From: Candidatus Calditenuaceae archaeon HR02 | GTDB taxonomy: Archaea > Thermoproteota > Nitrososphaeria_A > Caldarchaeales > Calditenuaceae | DNA length: 64,000 nucleotides | Reading direction: 5' to 3' | Assembly (NCBI GenBank): GCA_002898395.1 | Contig: BEHE01000004.1 | Span: 52,181 to 116,180, forward strand | Notes under the pieces: generated by a model | Told to the model about the DNA's origin: nothing | The model's input: only the letters and a program-made list of their open reading frames with translations | Database searches by the model: none | In this document: one piece after another, positions 50,627 to 60,832 of the stretch | Numbering within the stretch: position 1 is the stretch's first letter | Layout of the letters: each line of letters begins with the position of its first letter | Position numbers and translations under genes: made by a program

Positions 50627-51949
50627 TTGGGCGCAAGTTTGACGAATCCTGTGATAAACGAGAAGTCAACACCCCTACTAGTCGAGAGGTATCTCCCGAT
50701 ACCCAGGCGGGATTCAAGGGAGTTCTGGACGGAGAGTAGAATCCAGCACATAAGACATCTTGCCTCTACAGGGAAGCCCATGATGGTCTGGGACAAGTGT
50801 AAATCAGAGACCTCCCGGATTCTTGACCGACTCTTCTTCTGGAAAGAATTTGAAGATTCTGGGACCGCTGATGGGGTGTGCGAGGTGCCTGATGAGATAT
50901 CCGTGTCAACTAGTATCTGTTATGGAGTTCTAGAGCTCTCCCACCCGCTGTACCTCGGCGATATGTCCTTCGGCGCCCTAAGCGGAGTCCCCAACATCGC
51001 CATCGCCCGCGCAGCCGACGTAACGGAGACTCTCGCAGGCATAGGTGAGGGGGGACTCCACCCGGAAGTAGGGAAGTGTCGCCGGATAGCAGTCCAGTGG
51101 GCGTCCGCTAGGTTTGGACTAGACCTAGATGTATTGAGGAAGGGGTTGGCCGTTGTCATCAAGATCGGTCAAGGGGCTAAGCCGGGAATAGGCGGCCATC
51201 TCCCCGGTGTCAAGGTTGTTGAGATAATCTCCCAGACTAGGCGGATTCCCGTCGGCGTGGACGCAATCTCGCCTGCCCCACACCACGACATATACTCGAT
51301 CGAGGATTTGGAGCAGAGAATCTTAGCCCTCAAGGAGGCTACTGGTAGGCCAGTGCTGGTTAAAGTCGCGGCCACTAACTATATCCCTTACATTGCGACG
51401 GGGGTGGCGAGAATGGGGGCTGACGGAATCATCATCGACGGCCAAGGGGCTGGGACCGGTGCTGCACCATCGGTGGTTAGGGATAACGTTGGCATTCCTA
51501 TAGAGCTTGCAGTAGCTACTGCCGACGATATGCTGAGACGTGAGGGCCTCCGGGACGGCTTCACCATCATAGCAGCCGGCAGGGTGAGCAGTGCTGAAGA
51601 TGCCGCAAAGCTAATGGCACTAGGCGCTGACGTCGCCTCGATAGGAACTGCAGCCTTGATAGCCATGGGCTGCATAATGATTCACAAATGCCACCTAGGC
51701 TTCTGCCCGGCAGTAATAACTAACAAGATAACAGATAATCCGAAAAAGGTCCTCTCACTCGACACGGCGACAAGATGGGTTGTAAACCTGATAAAAGGAT
51801 GGTCCGCAGAGCTCAAGCTGATTCTAGAGAGGCTTGGTCTGAGGAGGGTTGAAGAGTTGAGGGGGCGTAGGGACCTGCTAGTGGGAGCAGGGTTAAGCGA
51901 CACCTCACTCAGAGTTTTGGGCATCAGGGGTGTGAGCGGGAAAAGTTGA
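50627..51949 (+). CDS. Glutamate synthase FMN-binding subunit (GltB2-like)
   Basis: [62 protein letters not shown] [3Fe-4S] motif. Confidence 0.93.
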   Translation: MGASLTNPVINEKSTPLLVERYLPIPRRDSREFWTESRIQHIRHLASTGKPMMVWDKCKSETSRILDRLFFWKEFEDSGTADGVCEVPDEISVSTSICYGVLELSHPLYLGDMSFGALSGVPNIAIARAADVTETLAGIGEGGLHPEVGKCRRIAVQWASARFGLDLDVLRKGLAVVIKIGQGAKPGIGGHLPGVKVVEIISQTRRIPVGVDAISPAPHHDIYSIEDLEQRILALKEATGRPVLVKVAATNYIPYIATGVARMGADGIIIDGQGAGTGAAPSVVRDNVGIPIELAVATADDMLRREGLRDGFTIIAAGRVSSAEDAAKLMALGADVASIGTAALIAMGCIMIHKCHLGFCPAVITNKITDNPKKVLSLDTATRWVVNLIKGWSAELKLILERLGLRRVEELRGRRDLLVGAGLSDTSLRVLGIRGVSGKS

Positions 51950-52965
51950 GTATTTGGAGGCGCGACATTGTCTCGAACCTGCGCCTTCTCGCGGGGGTTG
52001 AGGGTAAGAATCCTGGCGAGCCACCAATAGCGAGTATGGGAGCCTCAAACCCCCCGCTTATAGAGAGGCCATTGTTTATACTGGACCATATCGTCTCGGA
52101 CGGCGCACAGGTCACAAGGCCCAGCATCGATCCATACCGCGAACCCACGGAGACAGAGATCTACCTGTTCGGAGGGGAGCTCAGACTTACCATGCCTATC
52201 ATAATAGGTGGTTTAACCGGCGCGGATGCCCAGCACTTAGAGGCAGTGATTCTGGCGTGCTTTAGAATGGGTGTGGGCGTCCATTTAGAGCAACCCCTCA
52301 GTCGATATCCCCACAAGCATGTTAGAGAGCTTATCCTCCTCGAGGCCACAGTAGGTGAGCTTCACGGCCAAGAGAGTGGGCCCCTGGTCTTCCGTATAAA
52401 TGGTGTAGAAGAGCTGACCAGCATAAATCACGCCTTGAAAAGTTTTGAACACAACAATAGACTGATTGCTAGGACCCCCTGCTTGTCTAACCATGATTTC
52501 TACCTGGGAGTCGCAAAGTCTGGGTTTCAGGCAGTTATCATCGACGAGGACCTAGGAGGTGAGGAGTCCCTTGAAGTTGCCCTGTCTGAGGCCGATCACG
52601 CGTTGAAGAAGTTGACAATCGATGGCTTGCCTGTCCGATATCATATAGGACTCATAGCGGCCTCAGATAGGATTCGTTCCAGTTCCGACATCTTTAAGCT
52701 TGGCGGATTGGGAGCCGACGCCTGCATAATTCGAAACGCATGGCGCATCGGAGTAGATTACAAGCGTGAGATGCCCTCCCACCTGCTGTCAGAGAGGATT
52801 GAAAACCTCCTCATAGGAATACAGAGGGAGATTAAGCTCTTAATGGGCGCCGCGGGTGTCAGCTCGTATCAGAGCTCGATAGTTGGGAACCGAGAATTGT
52901 TTCGAGCCATTGACCTACCCCAGCACGTGTGTGAGAGACTAGGGGTGAGACCGGCTGGAGAGTAG
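51946..52965 (+). CDS. Degenerate glutamate synthase FMN-domain paralog
   Basis: [35 protein letters not shown] retained, but the FMN-site motifs and the Cys cluster motif are missing. Confidence 0.75.
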   Translation: MSIWRRDIVSNLRLLAGVEGKNPGEPPIASMGASNPPLIERPLFILDHIVSDGAQVTRPSIDPYREPTETEIYLFGGELRLTMPIIIGGLTGADAQHLEAVILACFRMGVGVHLEQPLSRYPHKHVRELILLEATVGELHGQESGPLVFRINGVEELTSINHALKSFEHNNRLIARTPCLSNHDFYLGVAKSGFQAVIIDEDLGGEESLEVALSEADHALKKLTIDGLPVRYHIGLIAASDRIRSSSDIFKLGGLGADACIIRNAWRIGVDYKREMPSHLLSERIENLLIGIQREIKLLMGAAGVSSYQSSIVGNRELFRAIDLPQHVCERLGVRPAGE

Positions 52966-55033
52966 CCACCACGTCTCTCAGGTTAAGTCTGGATGCGGGA
53001 TATTTGGCATATTGAGGAAGGCACACTCAAGGCCCATACCATCTACCTCAGCCCTCAACGCCATCGAGTGTGTAAGGTATAGAGGGAGCAAAATGGGGGC
53101 GGGATTCGCTAGGGTTAGGCTAGACACTACGCAGGGCTGGAGAGTGAAGGCCTTCGCTGTATCTGAGGAAGTGGCTTTGCAGATATTCAGCATGCTTGAA
53201 GAGAAGTGGCGTCTTGAGGTCTTATCTCATCCTACACTTGAATACACATCCCCCAACGGGGGACTAGCATCCTATACCGCTTGTGTAGAGGCCGGCTACG
53301 AGGCCCTGTGGCGGGCTGTCCAAGAGGTTAATAGGATGCTCTGGAGTAATGGGTTCAAAGGACGAATCTACTCATGGGGCAGGTTTGTTGACGTGTATAA
53401 AGGTGTTGGATACCCGGTCGATGTCTACAGCCTCTACCAGATGGGAGATGGGAGTTTAGAGGCTGACCTATGGATTGCTCACACAAGGCAACCTACAAAC
53501 TCACCGGGAAGATTACCGGTTTGGTCACATCCATTCTCTAGCGGTGACTGGGCTATTGTCCATAATGGCGATATAAGCTCTTTCGGCTCGAATATGGAGT
53601 TCCTCTGGTCGCTGGGCTACAAGAGCTTTGTAGGAACGGATAGTGAGGTTATAGCCTACCTCCTTGACTATCTGACCAGCTTCCAACACCTCAATGTCCA
53701 AGAAGCAGTAAAAATACTGTGCAACAGGTTTAACAGAGGTTTACCAGACCCAGAGACTGTTAAGCTGTTATATAAGTGGCGCGGAGCCCGACTCGACGGA
53801 CCTTTCAGCGTCATAGGAGGCTTCTGCGACGGACACGATGTCTACATGGTGGCGTTCGCGGACCGCTTTAAATTCAGACCAATAATCGTCGGCGAGGACG
53901 AGAACTACATCTATGCTGCGAGCGAGGAAGCCCAGATAAGGACGATCAACCCAGAAGCCAGAGTTTGGACAATAGAGCCGGGAGAGTATTTCCTCGCCTC
54001 CCTGAAGCGCGGTGTTATTTATCCGGGAAGAACTATTCATGAACGGTTCTATAGCCTGTCGGCCACGTTCACGCGTCCAGCCATTATGGAAGATTGTATA
54101 GACGCATCGCACATGGACTATAGAATGCTCAACCGAGCCATATCAGAGAAGATAAAAGCGGGGGCAAGGCAAGTAGACATCATCAACGTGAGGGGGCAGA
54201 GGTATATTGGTGTTGGACTGGATAGCACAGTAAGGCTAAAAATATTCGGCACCCCTGGCAACTGCCTGGCGAACTTGAATAAGAGCCTAGAGATCGAGGT
54301 TTTCGGAAACGTCCAAGACGACGTCGGCGATGTAATGACTGGCGGCCGCGTAATAATTCACGGCGATGCCAGAGACGTTCTAGCCCAAGCCCTGCAAGGT
54401 GGCGTGATTTATGTCAAGGGCAACGCAGGCAACAGGTGTGGGATACAGATGAGAGAGTATAGGGATAGGCGCCCCGTATTGATGATTGGTGGACGGGTCG
54501 ACGACTATCTAGGGGAGTATATGGCAGGGGGAGTGATTATTATTCTGGGCTTGAACTATCTTGATACTGATGTGGAGATTGTTGGGGACTGCGTAGCTAG
54601 CGGCATGGTTGGCGGGACGATCTACATTAGAGGCAAGGTCAGCCCAGGTAAGATAGGGCTCAACCCGCCTAGAGGCGACGTTATACAGTACCTACGAGGA
54701 TTAGTGTTGGATGGGCGGCTATCCATAGAGGAATATGAGGCTATAGAGTCGCTCGAGGACTTCACACTCGACACGCTCAGAGAAATGCTTCCCCCTGAAG
54801 TTGTTAAGCACGTCTCCAAATTATACCTGAATAAATATTGGAAAGAACTTGTTGTTGAGTATCGAAGGCTAAACGACAGTGACATGGCCATGATCGGACC
54901 CCATTTCGAAGAGTTCGGCAAGGTCTTTGACCTCAGGAAAGAGATAGATAGGGTGGTTAAGGAGGAGTATTTTACAGTAATTCGCCCAAAGCCTGCTGCG
55001 GCTACAAGAGTTGAAGAGCCTGAAGAGGGCTAA
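52955..55033 (+). CDS. Glutamate synthase amidotransferase (GltB1) fused to GXGXG (GltB3) domain
   Basis: The Ntn Cys (SG-CGIFG, 52994) lies upstream of the ORF-track start. HTRQPTN, HNGDI, GTDSE, GXGXG repeats. Probable CTG start at 52955. Confidence 0.9.
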   Translation: MESSHHVSQVKSGCGIFGILRKAHSRPIPSTSALNAIECVRYRGSKMGAGFARVRLDTTQGWRVKAFAVSEEVALQIFSMLEEKWRLEVLSHPTLEYTSPNGGLASYTACVEAGYEALWRAVQEVNRMLWSNGFKGRIYSWGRFVDVYKGVGYPVDVYSLYQMGDGSLEADLWIAHTRQPTNSPGRLPVWSHPFSSGDWAIVHNGDISSFGSNMEFLWSLGYKSFVGTDSEVIAYLLDYLTSFQHLNVQEAVKILCNRFNRGLPDPETVKLLYKWRGARLDGPFSVIGGFCDGHDVYMVAFADRFKFRPIIVGEDENYIYAASEEAQIRTINPEARVWTIEPGEYFLASLKRGVIYPGRTIHERFYSLSATFTRPAIMEDCIDASHMDYRMLNRAISEKIKAGARQVDIINVRGQRYIGVGLDSTVRLKIFGTPGNCLANLNKSLEIEVFGNVQDDVGDVMTGGRVIIHGDARDVLAQALQGGVIYVKGNAGNRCGIQMREYRDRRPVLMIGGRVDDYLGEYMAGGVIIILGLNYLDTDVEIVGDCVASGMVGGTIYIRGKVSPGKIGLNPPRGDVIQYLRGLVLDGRLSIEEYEAIESLEDFTLDTLREMLPPEVVKHVSKLYLNKYWKELVVEYRRLNDSDMAMIGPHFEEFGKVFDLRKEIDRVVKEEYFTVIRPKPAAATRVEEPEEG

Positions 55034-55518
55034 ACCCCCTCTGCCAGCCTGGGGGAGAAGAAGTCCTCCTTCACAACCTCCAAGACGATGTGGGTCGACG
55101 TCCTCTCAACGTAAGGCATTCTCAGGACCTTTTTCACAAACAGGCTAAGCTCCTGCCGGTCCCGAAACCTGGCGACAATTATTGAGTCCACCTCACCCGT
55201 AACATCATATACCGCGACAACGTTAGGCTCCTTAGCCAGTTCTCTCTGGACCTCGAGCAGTCTCCCCTCCCTAATCACAAGTTCTATTACAGCAGTGATG
55301 TCATAACCGAATTTCTCATAGTCTATTAGTGCGGCAAACCCCTTAATCAGGCCATTCCTCTGCAGCCGTGCAACCCTATACGCGACAGTGGCGACCGAGA
55401 CACCTAATGTTTTCGCCAGCTCCCTATATGATGCACGGCCGTTTTGGCTGAGTATGTTTATGAGTCTGAGGTCTATTTCATCAACTTTTTTCAACACTTC
55501 GCATAAATCTTTGGACAC
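55030..55518 (-). CDS. Lrp/AsnC transcriptional regulator
   Basis: DEIDLRLI...SYRELAKTLGVSVATV HTH, YDVTGEVD RAM domain. Confidence 0.94.
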   Translation of the reverse strand: MSKDLCEVLKKVDEIDLRLINILSQNGRASYRELAKTLGVSVATVAYRVARLQRNGLIKGFAALIDYEKFGYDITAVIELVIREGRLLEVQRELAKEPNVVAVYDVTGEVDSIIVARFRDRQELSLFVKKVLRMPYVERTSTHIVLEVVKEDFFSPRLAEGV

Positions 55519-55554
55519 CCCTATATAAACTCTTCAGCCTCACCGTAAGGATGG

Positions 55555-56646
55555 TCAACCACTCTTTGCGCCATTAACTGCCCTTCGAGTCGCCTGTCTC
55601 CTCGTGGAAGACTTTAACCCCTGACCCCTCTCACGCCGTATGTATACTGTTCTGACGGGGAAGGGTATCTCGATTCCCTCTGCTCTTAGCCTTTTGACAA
55701 GCCTCTTATTCATCTCGTGGATCTGCCGACCACGCTCTCTCACATTAATAGCCCGCCATATTACCGTAAAATTAAGCGAATAGTCTGCCGGCGCGAATCT
55801 TATTAGTGGTGTGAAGTCCGGGTTAGTCCCTCCCATCTCCCTGACCGCTTTTCTCGCCTCATCGAGCAGTATCTGTTCAACCCTGTCAGGATCCTCATCA
55901 TAGCTGACACCTATGACCGTGGAGAGTGAGAGCTCCTGCTCGGGCAAATCATAGTTAGTCACTATCGACTCTGCAAGCTTCTTATTCGGGATTATTATCA
56001 GATTATTTGGTAGTGTCTGAATCTTAGTCGTCCTCCAGCTAATATCAACTACCGTCCCCTCGCCCACACCCTCAATACTTATGAAGTCTCCAACCCTTAT
56101 CGACTTCTCGGCCAAGATATAGAACCCTGAGAAGAAGTTTGCCAACGTGTCTTGGAGTGCGAGGGCTATCGCAAGAGCCCCAATACCCAGCGAGGCGACA
56201 AGAGGCGTAATCTCTATTCCCAGCTCCGATAAAACTATCACGATAGCCAGTGAGAGGATTGCGAACTTTGTGATGATCTGGCCAAGACTAGTCACTTGAA
56301 TGGCGGCACCGATCTTGGAGCCATAGTATTTTATCACTCCCGACGCTATGTTGGCGAGTGTCCAAGCGATCGAGAGTATCAATAGGGCGAGAAGACCCCT
56401 ATCAACTACAACAGCTATATTGAGGGGTAGACGGATCAGAGCGACCGCAGCGTATATTCCACCCACGAGGAACCAGAGAATTATCGGAGATCGAATAGCG
56501 CCAAGGATGACATCGTCGAGCTTAGTCTCAGTCCTCTCCGCCCAGTGCCGAATAACCCTTGTCAAAATTTTCCTAACAGCAAAACCAACTGCTAATATTA
56601 TAGAAAAAACCAAAGCAGGATACAGATACTCCTCAAGAAGAGACAT
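55555..56646 (-). CDS. mscS: Small-conductance mechanosensitive channel
   Basis: LGIGALAIALALQDTLANFFSG, GTVVDISWRTT, IPNKKL, GIEIPFP. Confidence 0.93.
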   Translation of the reverse strand: MSLLEEYLYPALVFSIILAVGFAVRKILTRVIRHWAERTETKLDDVILGAIRSPIILWFLVGGIYAAVALIRLPLNIAVVVDRGLLALLILSIAWTLANIASGVIKYYGSKIGAAIQVTSLGQIITKFAILSLAIVIVLSELGIEITPLVASLGIGALAIALALQDTLANFFSGFYILAEKSIRVGDFISIEGVGEGTVVDISWRTTKIQTLPNNLIIIPNKKLAESIVTNYDLPEQELSLSTVIGVSYDEDPDRVEQILLDEARKAVREMGGTNPDFTPLIRFAPADYSLNFTVIWRAINVRERGRQIHEMNKRLVKRLRAEGIEIPFPVRTVYIRRERGQGLKSSTRRQATRRAVNGAKSG

Positions 56647-56758
56647 GTCTAAGCTCGCACTGAGCCCAACCAGCTAATAAATCGTAAGCCCGAGAAAAAT
56701 GAAGCTGAAAACTTGGTAATAAATGGTGGCGGCGGATAGACCACAATCCCAGCCCTTT

Positions 56759-56791
56759 CCCCTCTCTCATCCTTATTATAAAAAATTTAGC
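56759..56791 (-). repeat. tRNA 3'-trailer motif shared with the tRNA-Ser flank (19679..19712)
   Basis: GCTAAATTTTTTATAATAAGGATGA-GAGAGGGG versus GTTAAATCATTAATAATAAGCATGAAGGGAGGGG, 27/34 identical. Confidence 0.6.
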
Positions 56792-56792
56792 T

Positions 56793-56914
56793 TAGCCCGG
56801 GCCGGATTCGAACCGGCGTCCCCGGGGATCTCCTCCACTCGAGGGATCCAGAGCCCGGGATCCTTGGCCCCTCATGTCTGGCCATTGGGGGTTTGGCCGC
56901 TAGACGACCGGGCT
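56793..56914 (-). tRNA. tRNA-Gln(CTG) with two introns (positions 21/22 and 37/38)
   Basis: Removing 56864..56892 (29 nt) and 56828..56847 (20 nt) gives a 73-nt cloverleaf. Both junctions form bulge-helix-bulge motifs. Confidence 0.9.
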
Positions 56915-57013
56915 ATTCTCAAGATACCGTTGTGGTGGCTGGTATTTTATTCTTATCGCCGTGGATGCACATCTTTTTAACTATCTCTCGATAGGTATTG
57001 TGTGGCGGAATAG

Positions 57014-57823
57014 ATGAGTGAGTCACTCCTCCGTTTAAGACTAAACCCTGAAATGAGGAGGCCAGCAGTAATAATTGGTTTTTCTGGATGGCCGGACGCG
57101 GGTGGAGTGTCTTCCCTCTCAATCTCCTATCTAAGGGAGCTACTGAATGCCAGCCAGATTGGATACATCGACATGTCCCAATTCATCGACCATACACAGC
57201 ACCGGCCGATGGTTGTTATCGAGGATGGGATTCTGAAGTCTATTGGGATGCCCGGCTTCGAGATTTATTGGGGAATCGCCGCTGAGAGGGACGTCATATT
57301 AATACGAGGATATGAGCCGATGAGTGGGTGGGACAAGCTGGTCAGGGCCATATTCTCGCTCGCAGATAAGTTTGGTGTAGAGAGGTTAATCTCTATCGGA
57401 GGCCTACTAGACCGGATACCCCACACTAGACCCGTCAGAGTATCATTCTTGACAACAGACAGGGAGATTTACTATAAGGCCCTCTCCCTTGGTTTGAGGC
57501 CATCGAACTATCAGGGCCCGGCAAGCATCCACAGCTACCTCATGTACGAGTGCGGAAAGCTAGGGTTGAAGGCGTTGTCCATATGGGGCCATGTACCGCA
57601 TTACCTTAACATAGCTAATCCGCGAGTAGTAGCGAGTGTGCTTGAGAAGGTGGGGGCAGTCCTGGACATGCAGTTCAACCTCGACAGGCTTTATGTTGAG
57701 GCCTCGGTTTTTGAGGGTAAGGTGGCTAGTCTAGTCGAGAATGATAGCGATCTTAGACGGATAGTCGAAAGTTTAGAGAGGGAGTATGACGAAGAGTCAA
57801 GACCTCCGGGCTACATAGTTTAG
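57014..57823 (+). CDS. PAC2-family proteasome assembly chaperone-like protein
   Basis: GFSGWPDAG, RGYEP, IPHTRP, YQGPASI, WGHVPHY, SLEREYD. Confidence 0.88.
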   Translation: MSESLLRLRLNPEMRRPAVIIGFSGWPDAGGVSSLSISYLRELLNASQIGYIDMSQFIDHTQHRPMVVIEDGILKSIGMPGFEIYWGIAAERDVILIRGYEPMSGWDKLVRAIFSLADKFGVERLISIGGLLDRIPHTRPVRVSFLTTDREIYYKALSLGLRPSNYQGPASIHSYLMYECGKLGLKALSIWGHVPHYLNIANPRVVASVLEKVGAVLDMQFNLDRLYVEASVFEGKVASLVENDSDLRRIVESLEREYDEESRPPGYIV

Positions 57824-58267
57824 GATTGATAAATCACCTCTCCGGGGCGGCATCCGATTCTTTACGGCAAGATGTTTGGCGAGAGCCCGGCCTCATCCTA
57901 AGAGAGGGGTAAAGCTAATCCTAGCAGATTGCTCTATGATAAGAGGGCAATTTTCAGAGACATTAATTGGGGTTCCAGATTTCGGCGAATACCATACACC
58001 TGTTCTTCTCGGCGAGTCTGAGTACGGAACCTCTTAGGAACGGCAACCCCTAAAATATTAGGGCTCGCCCTCGGCCCCCTCAGAAGGGAGCTAAGGCCGA
58101 GGGGGACTCTGATGAAGTAGCACTGTATTTTTCTAGGCCCCATATGTTTAGAAAAAGGTCTTTTTCCCTACTCTGCGACACATGTACCCTCACCTGCAAC
58201 TTCAGGCTACCCATGAGTAACTCTGGGAAAGATTCAATAACATGGGGTATATGAATTCAACCCAGAA

Positions 58268-59122
58268 GTGAGATTTACGGTTATTGGATGTGGCCGTATG
58301 GGCTCATGGTTTGCAGAGAGACTCGCTAAGAGGGGTGTGGATCTCCTGCTCCTCGACAAGGATCGAAGAAGAGCTATCGAAATAGCAGAAAGAGTTGGTG
58401 GACAAGTTATAAACTCTTTAAATGAAATCCCAACGGGAACGCCGATACTCCTTGCCCTGCCAATTGATGCGACTATAGAAGTCTTAGACCTGCTTTCTAA
58501 GAATATGAAGCGAGGGCTCAGGATAGTCGAGATATCTTCGTTCAAGAAGCCTGTGCGGAGGCAAATAGTCTATGCGAGGAGGAGGGGACATATTGTAGCC
58601 TCGATACACCCTCTTTTCGGGCCCGCGCAGAGAGATGATAGAGGTACGGTCACAATCCACGTCGGCAGAATAAGCAGGTCCGAAGACATTATTGTGCGGA
58701 GACTTCTTCCATGGACAATGATTCATAGAATGACATGGTCGCAACATGATAAAGTCATGTTAGTTGCCCTTTCACTAACCCACTTCATAGGCATCTCATC
58801 CGCTCACCTGCTATCAAGGCTGGTAACTCTCGGGGTGAAGACGAAGAGCTTAGACGCCCTGCTGGCGCTGATCTCGATCAGCCTTTTAGAACCTGATGAC
58901 TTTTACAATGGTTATCCTATGACTAGCCCAGAAGCAATAAAATTATTCAGGAAATACAGGGATTCCGTTGCGGACATGATTTATGCGCTGGAAAGGTTTA
59001 ATGTCGCAAACTACGTCAATAATGCCAGGAGAATTCTGAGTACAAGATATGATTTAGACAAATTGTACAAATGCTTCTATGCATATTCAAGTGATCCTAG
59101 ATATTTAATGTGTGAAAAATAG
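58268..59122 (+). CDS. Prephenate/arogenate dehydrogenase-like protein
   Basis: GCGRMG, EISSFK, HPLFGP, HDKVM..SLTH. DNA is more AT-rich than the flanks. Confidence 0.8.
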   Translation: MRFTVIGCGRMGSWFAERLAKRGVDLLLLDKDRRRAIEIAERVGGQVINSLNEIPTGTPILLALPIDATIEVLDLLSKNMKRGLRIVEISSFKKPVRRQIVYARRRGHIVASIHPLFGPAQRDDRGTVTIHVGRISRSEDIIVRRLLPWTMIHRMTWSQHDKVMLVALSLTHFIGISSAHLLSRLVTLGVKTKSLDALLALISISLLEPDDFYNGYPMTSPEAIKLFRKYRDSVADMIYALERFNVANYVNNARRILSTRYDLDKLYKCFYAYSSDPRYLMCEK

Positions 59123-59411
59123 TTTTAGTGCAGAAGTTCTTAACCCACAGTACGTCCAATAATTCAGTGTAGAAACGTAGATGGAGTGATTGAATGTCTT
59201 CCCTAAATGCACCAGTATACATCACCCTTTCTGCGAGGATTGAGGTTGTTGGCAGATAATGTCAAACACCTATCCAAAATTCAGGAATAGGCAGGTGACA
59301 CACATAATAGTAATGAGCTGGACCTATATTCTGGCTTTTTATGTCGTTGCTACGCCAACATGCGTATACAGGATATTCATATATAATATGTTAAACAAGC
59401 CATTTGAGAAT

Positions 59412-59969
59412 ATGAGGTCAATTGCGCTGTCAAGAGTAGCGATTATTGTTTCAATTGTTATCGCGGTAGTGGTTGTTGCAAGCCTATCATTCTCCTTCCT
59501 GATTTTAAGGGGGGCCGGTGGAGCTCTCTCTGTCAGCTCAGGAGTTCGGGTTTAACAAGCAAATGGCGGTCCGACCATTAAAGTTAAGAGCGGAGAGCAA
59601 GTGAAGATAGTCTTGACGAATAAGGGAAATATGGACCATGAGTTCATGATTGTTAGGGACGTGGAAGGTTTCCATAGAGAACTTGACCAGAAGGTGATGA
59701 GGCTTCAGGAAATGGGGATGGGCACGAAGGGGATCATGCATGCTGAGGAATTGGAGATGCTCCATCACAAGTATGTTGTTATGGGAGTTCTTAAAATAGA
59801 CGGTGTGGAAGAAAGCGAAGTTAAGGTTAAGCCAGGTGAGAGGAAGGAGTTCTTTCTGACCCTTTGGGAGCCCGGAACGTATTATTATGTTTGCGCCGAG
59901 CTAGTTGGTACGTTCCCCCATAACCACATCGACAGGGGGATGTGAGGGGTAATAGAGGTTACACGTTAG
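59412..59969 (+). pseudogene. Membrane-anchored cupredoxin (sulfocyanin-like), disrupted
   Basis: The signal anchor, AQEFGFN and GGPTIKVKSGEQV..HEF..GTYYYVC..H...GM-TGA-GVIEV segments fall in three different frames. Confidence 0.72.
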
Positions 59970-60188
59970 AGGGACGGTCCCTCCTCTATTAGTTCCGCAT
60001 CTCTCACCGTATTCATCAGCTATGCTGGATGTTAGAAAGCTCACTTCCACCCAACCCTCAGTAATAACTGCTTGCCCCTACACTATTCTCTCGAATGGTT
60101 GATTGGTGTTCAAGTCCTAGACCGTATTAAAGATCCAATGGATTGTTGGTTGGAAAGGCTCATATAGCCGGCGGAACACTTCTACTAT

Positions 60189-60794
60189 GTGCAGAAGTAT
60201 ACTCTTCCTCAACTACCATATGCATACAACGCCTTGGAGCCAGTGATCTCCGAGCAGATTATGACTCTGCACCACACCAAGCACCATCAAGCGTACGTGA
60301 ACGGAGCCAACGCCGCCCTCGAGAAGATAGAGAAGGCGTCGAGGGGTGAGCTCGAGATAGATGTCAGGGCCGTCCTCAGAGACCTTAGCTTCAACCTAGA
60401 CGGGCATAAGCTCCACTCAATCTTCTGGCCTAACATGGCCCCACCCGGTAAGGGGGGTGGAAAGCCTGGCGGCGCGATAGCTGACCGCATTGAAAAGGAG
60501 TTCAACGGTTTTGACCGATTCAAAAAGCTCTTTAGCGACGCAGCTAAGACGGTTGAGGGGGTCGGCTGGGCCCTCCTACTCTACGACCCCGATACGGATA
60601 GACTTGTCTTAACACAGATAGAGAAACAGAATCTCATGCACCTAGCCCAACTACCAATTCTGCTTTCACTCGATGTCTGGGAGCACGCATATTATCTGCA
60701 ATACAAGAATGACCGCGCCAGCTACGTAGATGCGTGGTGGCAGGTAGTAAACTGGGACGACGTAGAGAAGAGGTTCAGCAAGGCTAAGGTTTAG
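60189..60794 (+). CDS. sod: Fe/Mn superoxide dismutase
   Basis: LPYAYNALEP, HHTKHH, HKLHSIFW, DVWEHAYY. Confidence 0.97.
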   Translation: MQKYTLPQLPYAYNALEPVISEQIMTLHHTKHHQAYVNGANAALEKIEKASRGELEIDVRAVLRDLSFNLDGHKLHSIFWPNMAPPGKGGGKPGGAIADRIEKEFNGFDRFKKLFSDAAKTVEGVGWALLLYDPDTDRLVLTQIEKQNLMHLAQLPILLSLDVWEHAYYLQYKNDRASYVDAWWQVVNWDDVEKRFSKAKV

Positions 60795-60832
60795 AAACTA
60801 GAGCCACCAACCCCTATCGGTGTAGCTCATTT

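Noticed and set aside
57840-58120. RNase P RNA, SRP RNA, TPP or fluoride riboswitch
   Set aside because: Diagnostic motifs (GAGGAAAGTCC, SRP helix-8 GGAA/AGCA, GAACCTGAT, GATGG...CTGATGAC) are absent or only partial on both strands.
45883-59945. Pyrrolysine or selenocysteine recoding of the cupredoxin stops
   Set aside because: Both genes also carry frameshifts, TAG and TGA terminate many normal genes here, and no pyl/sel machinery is in the window.
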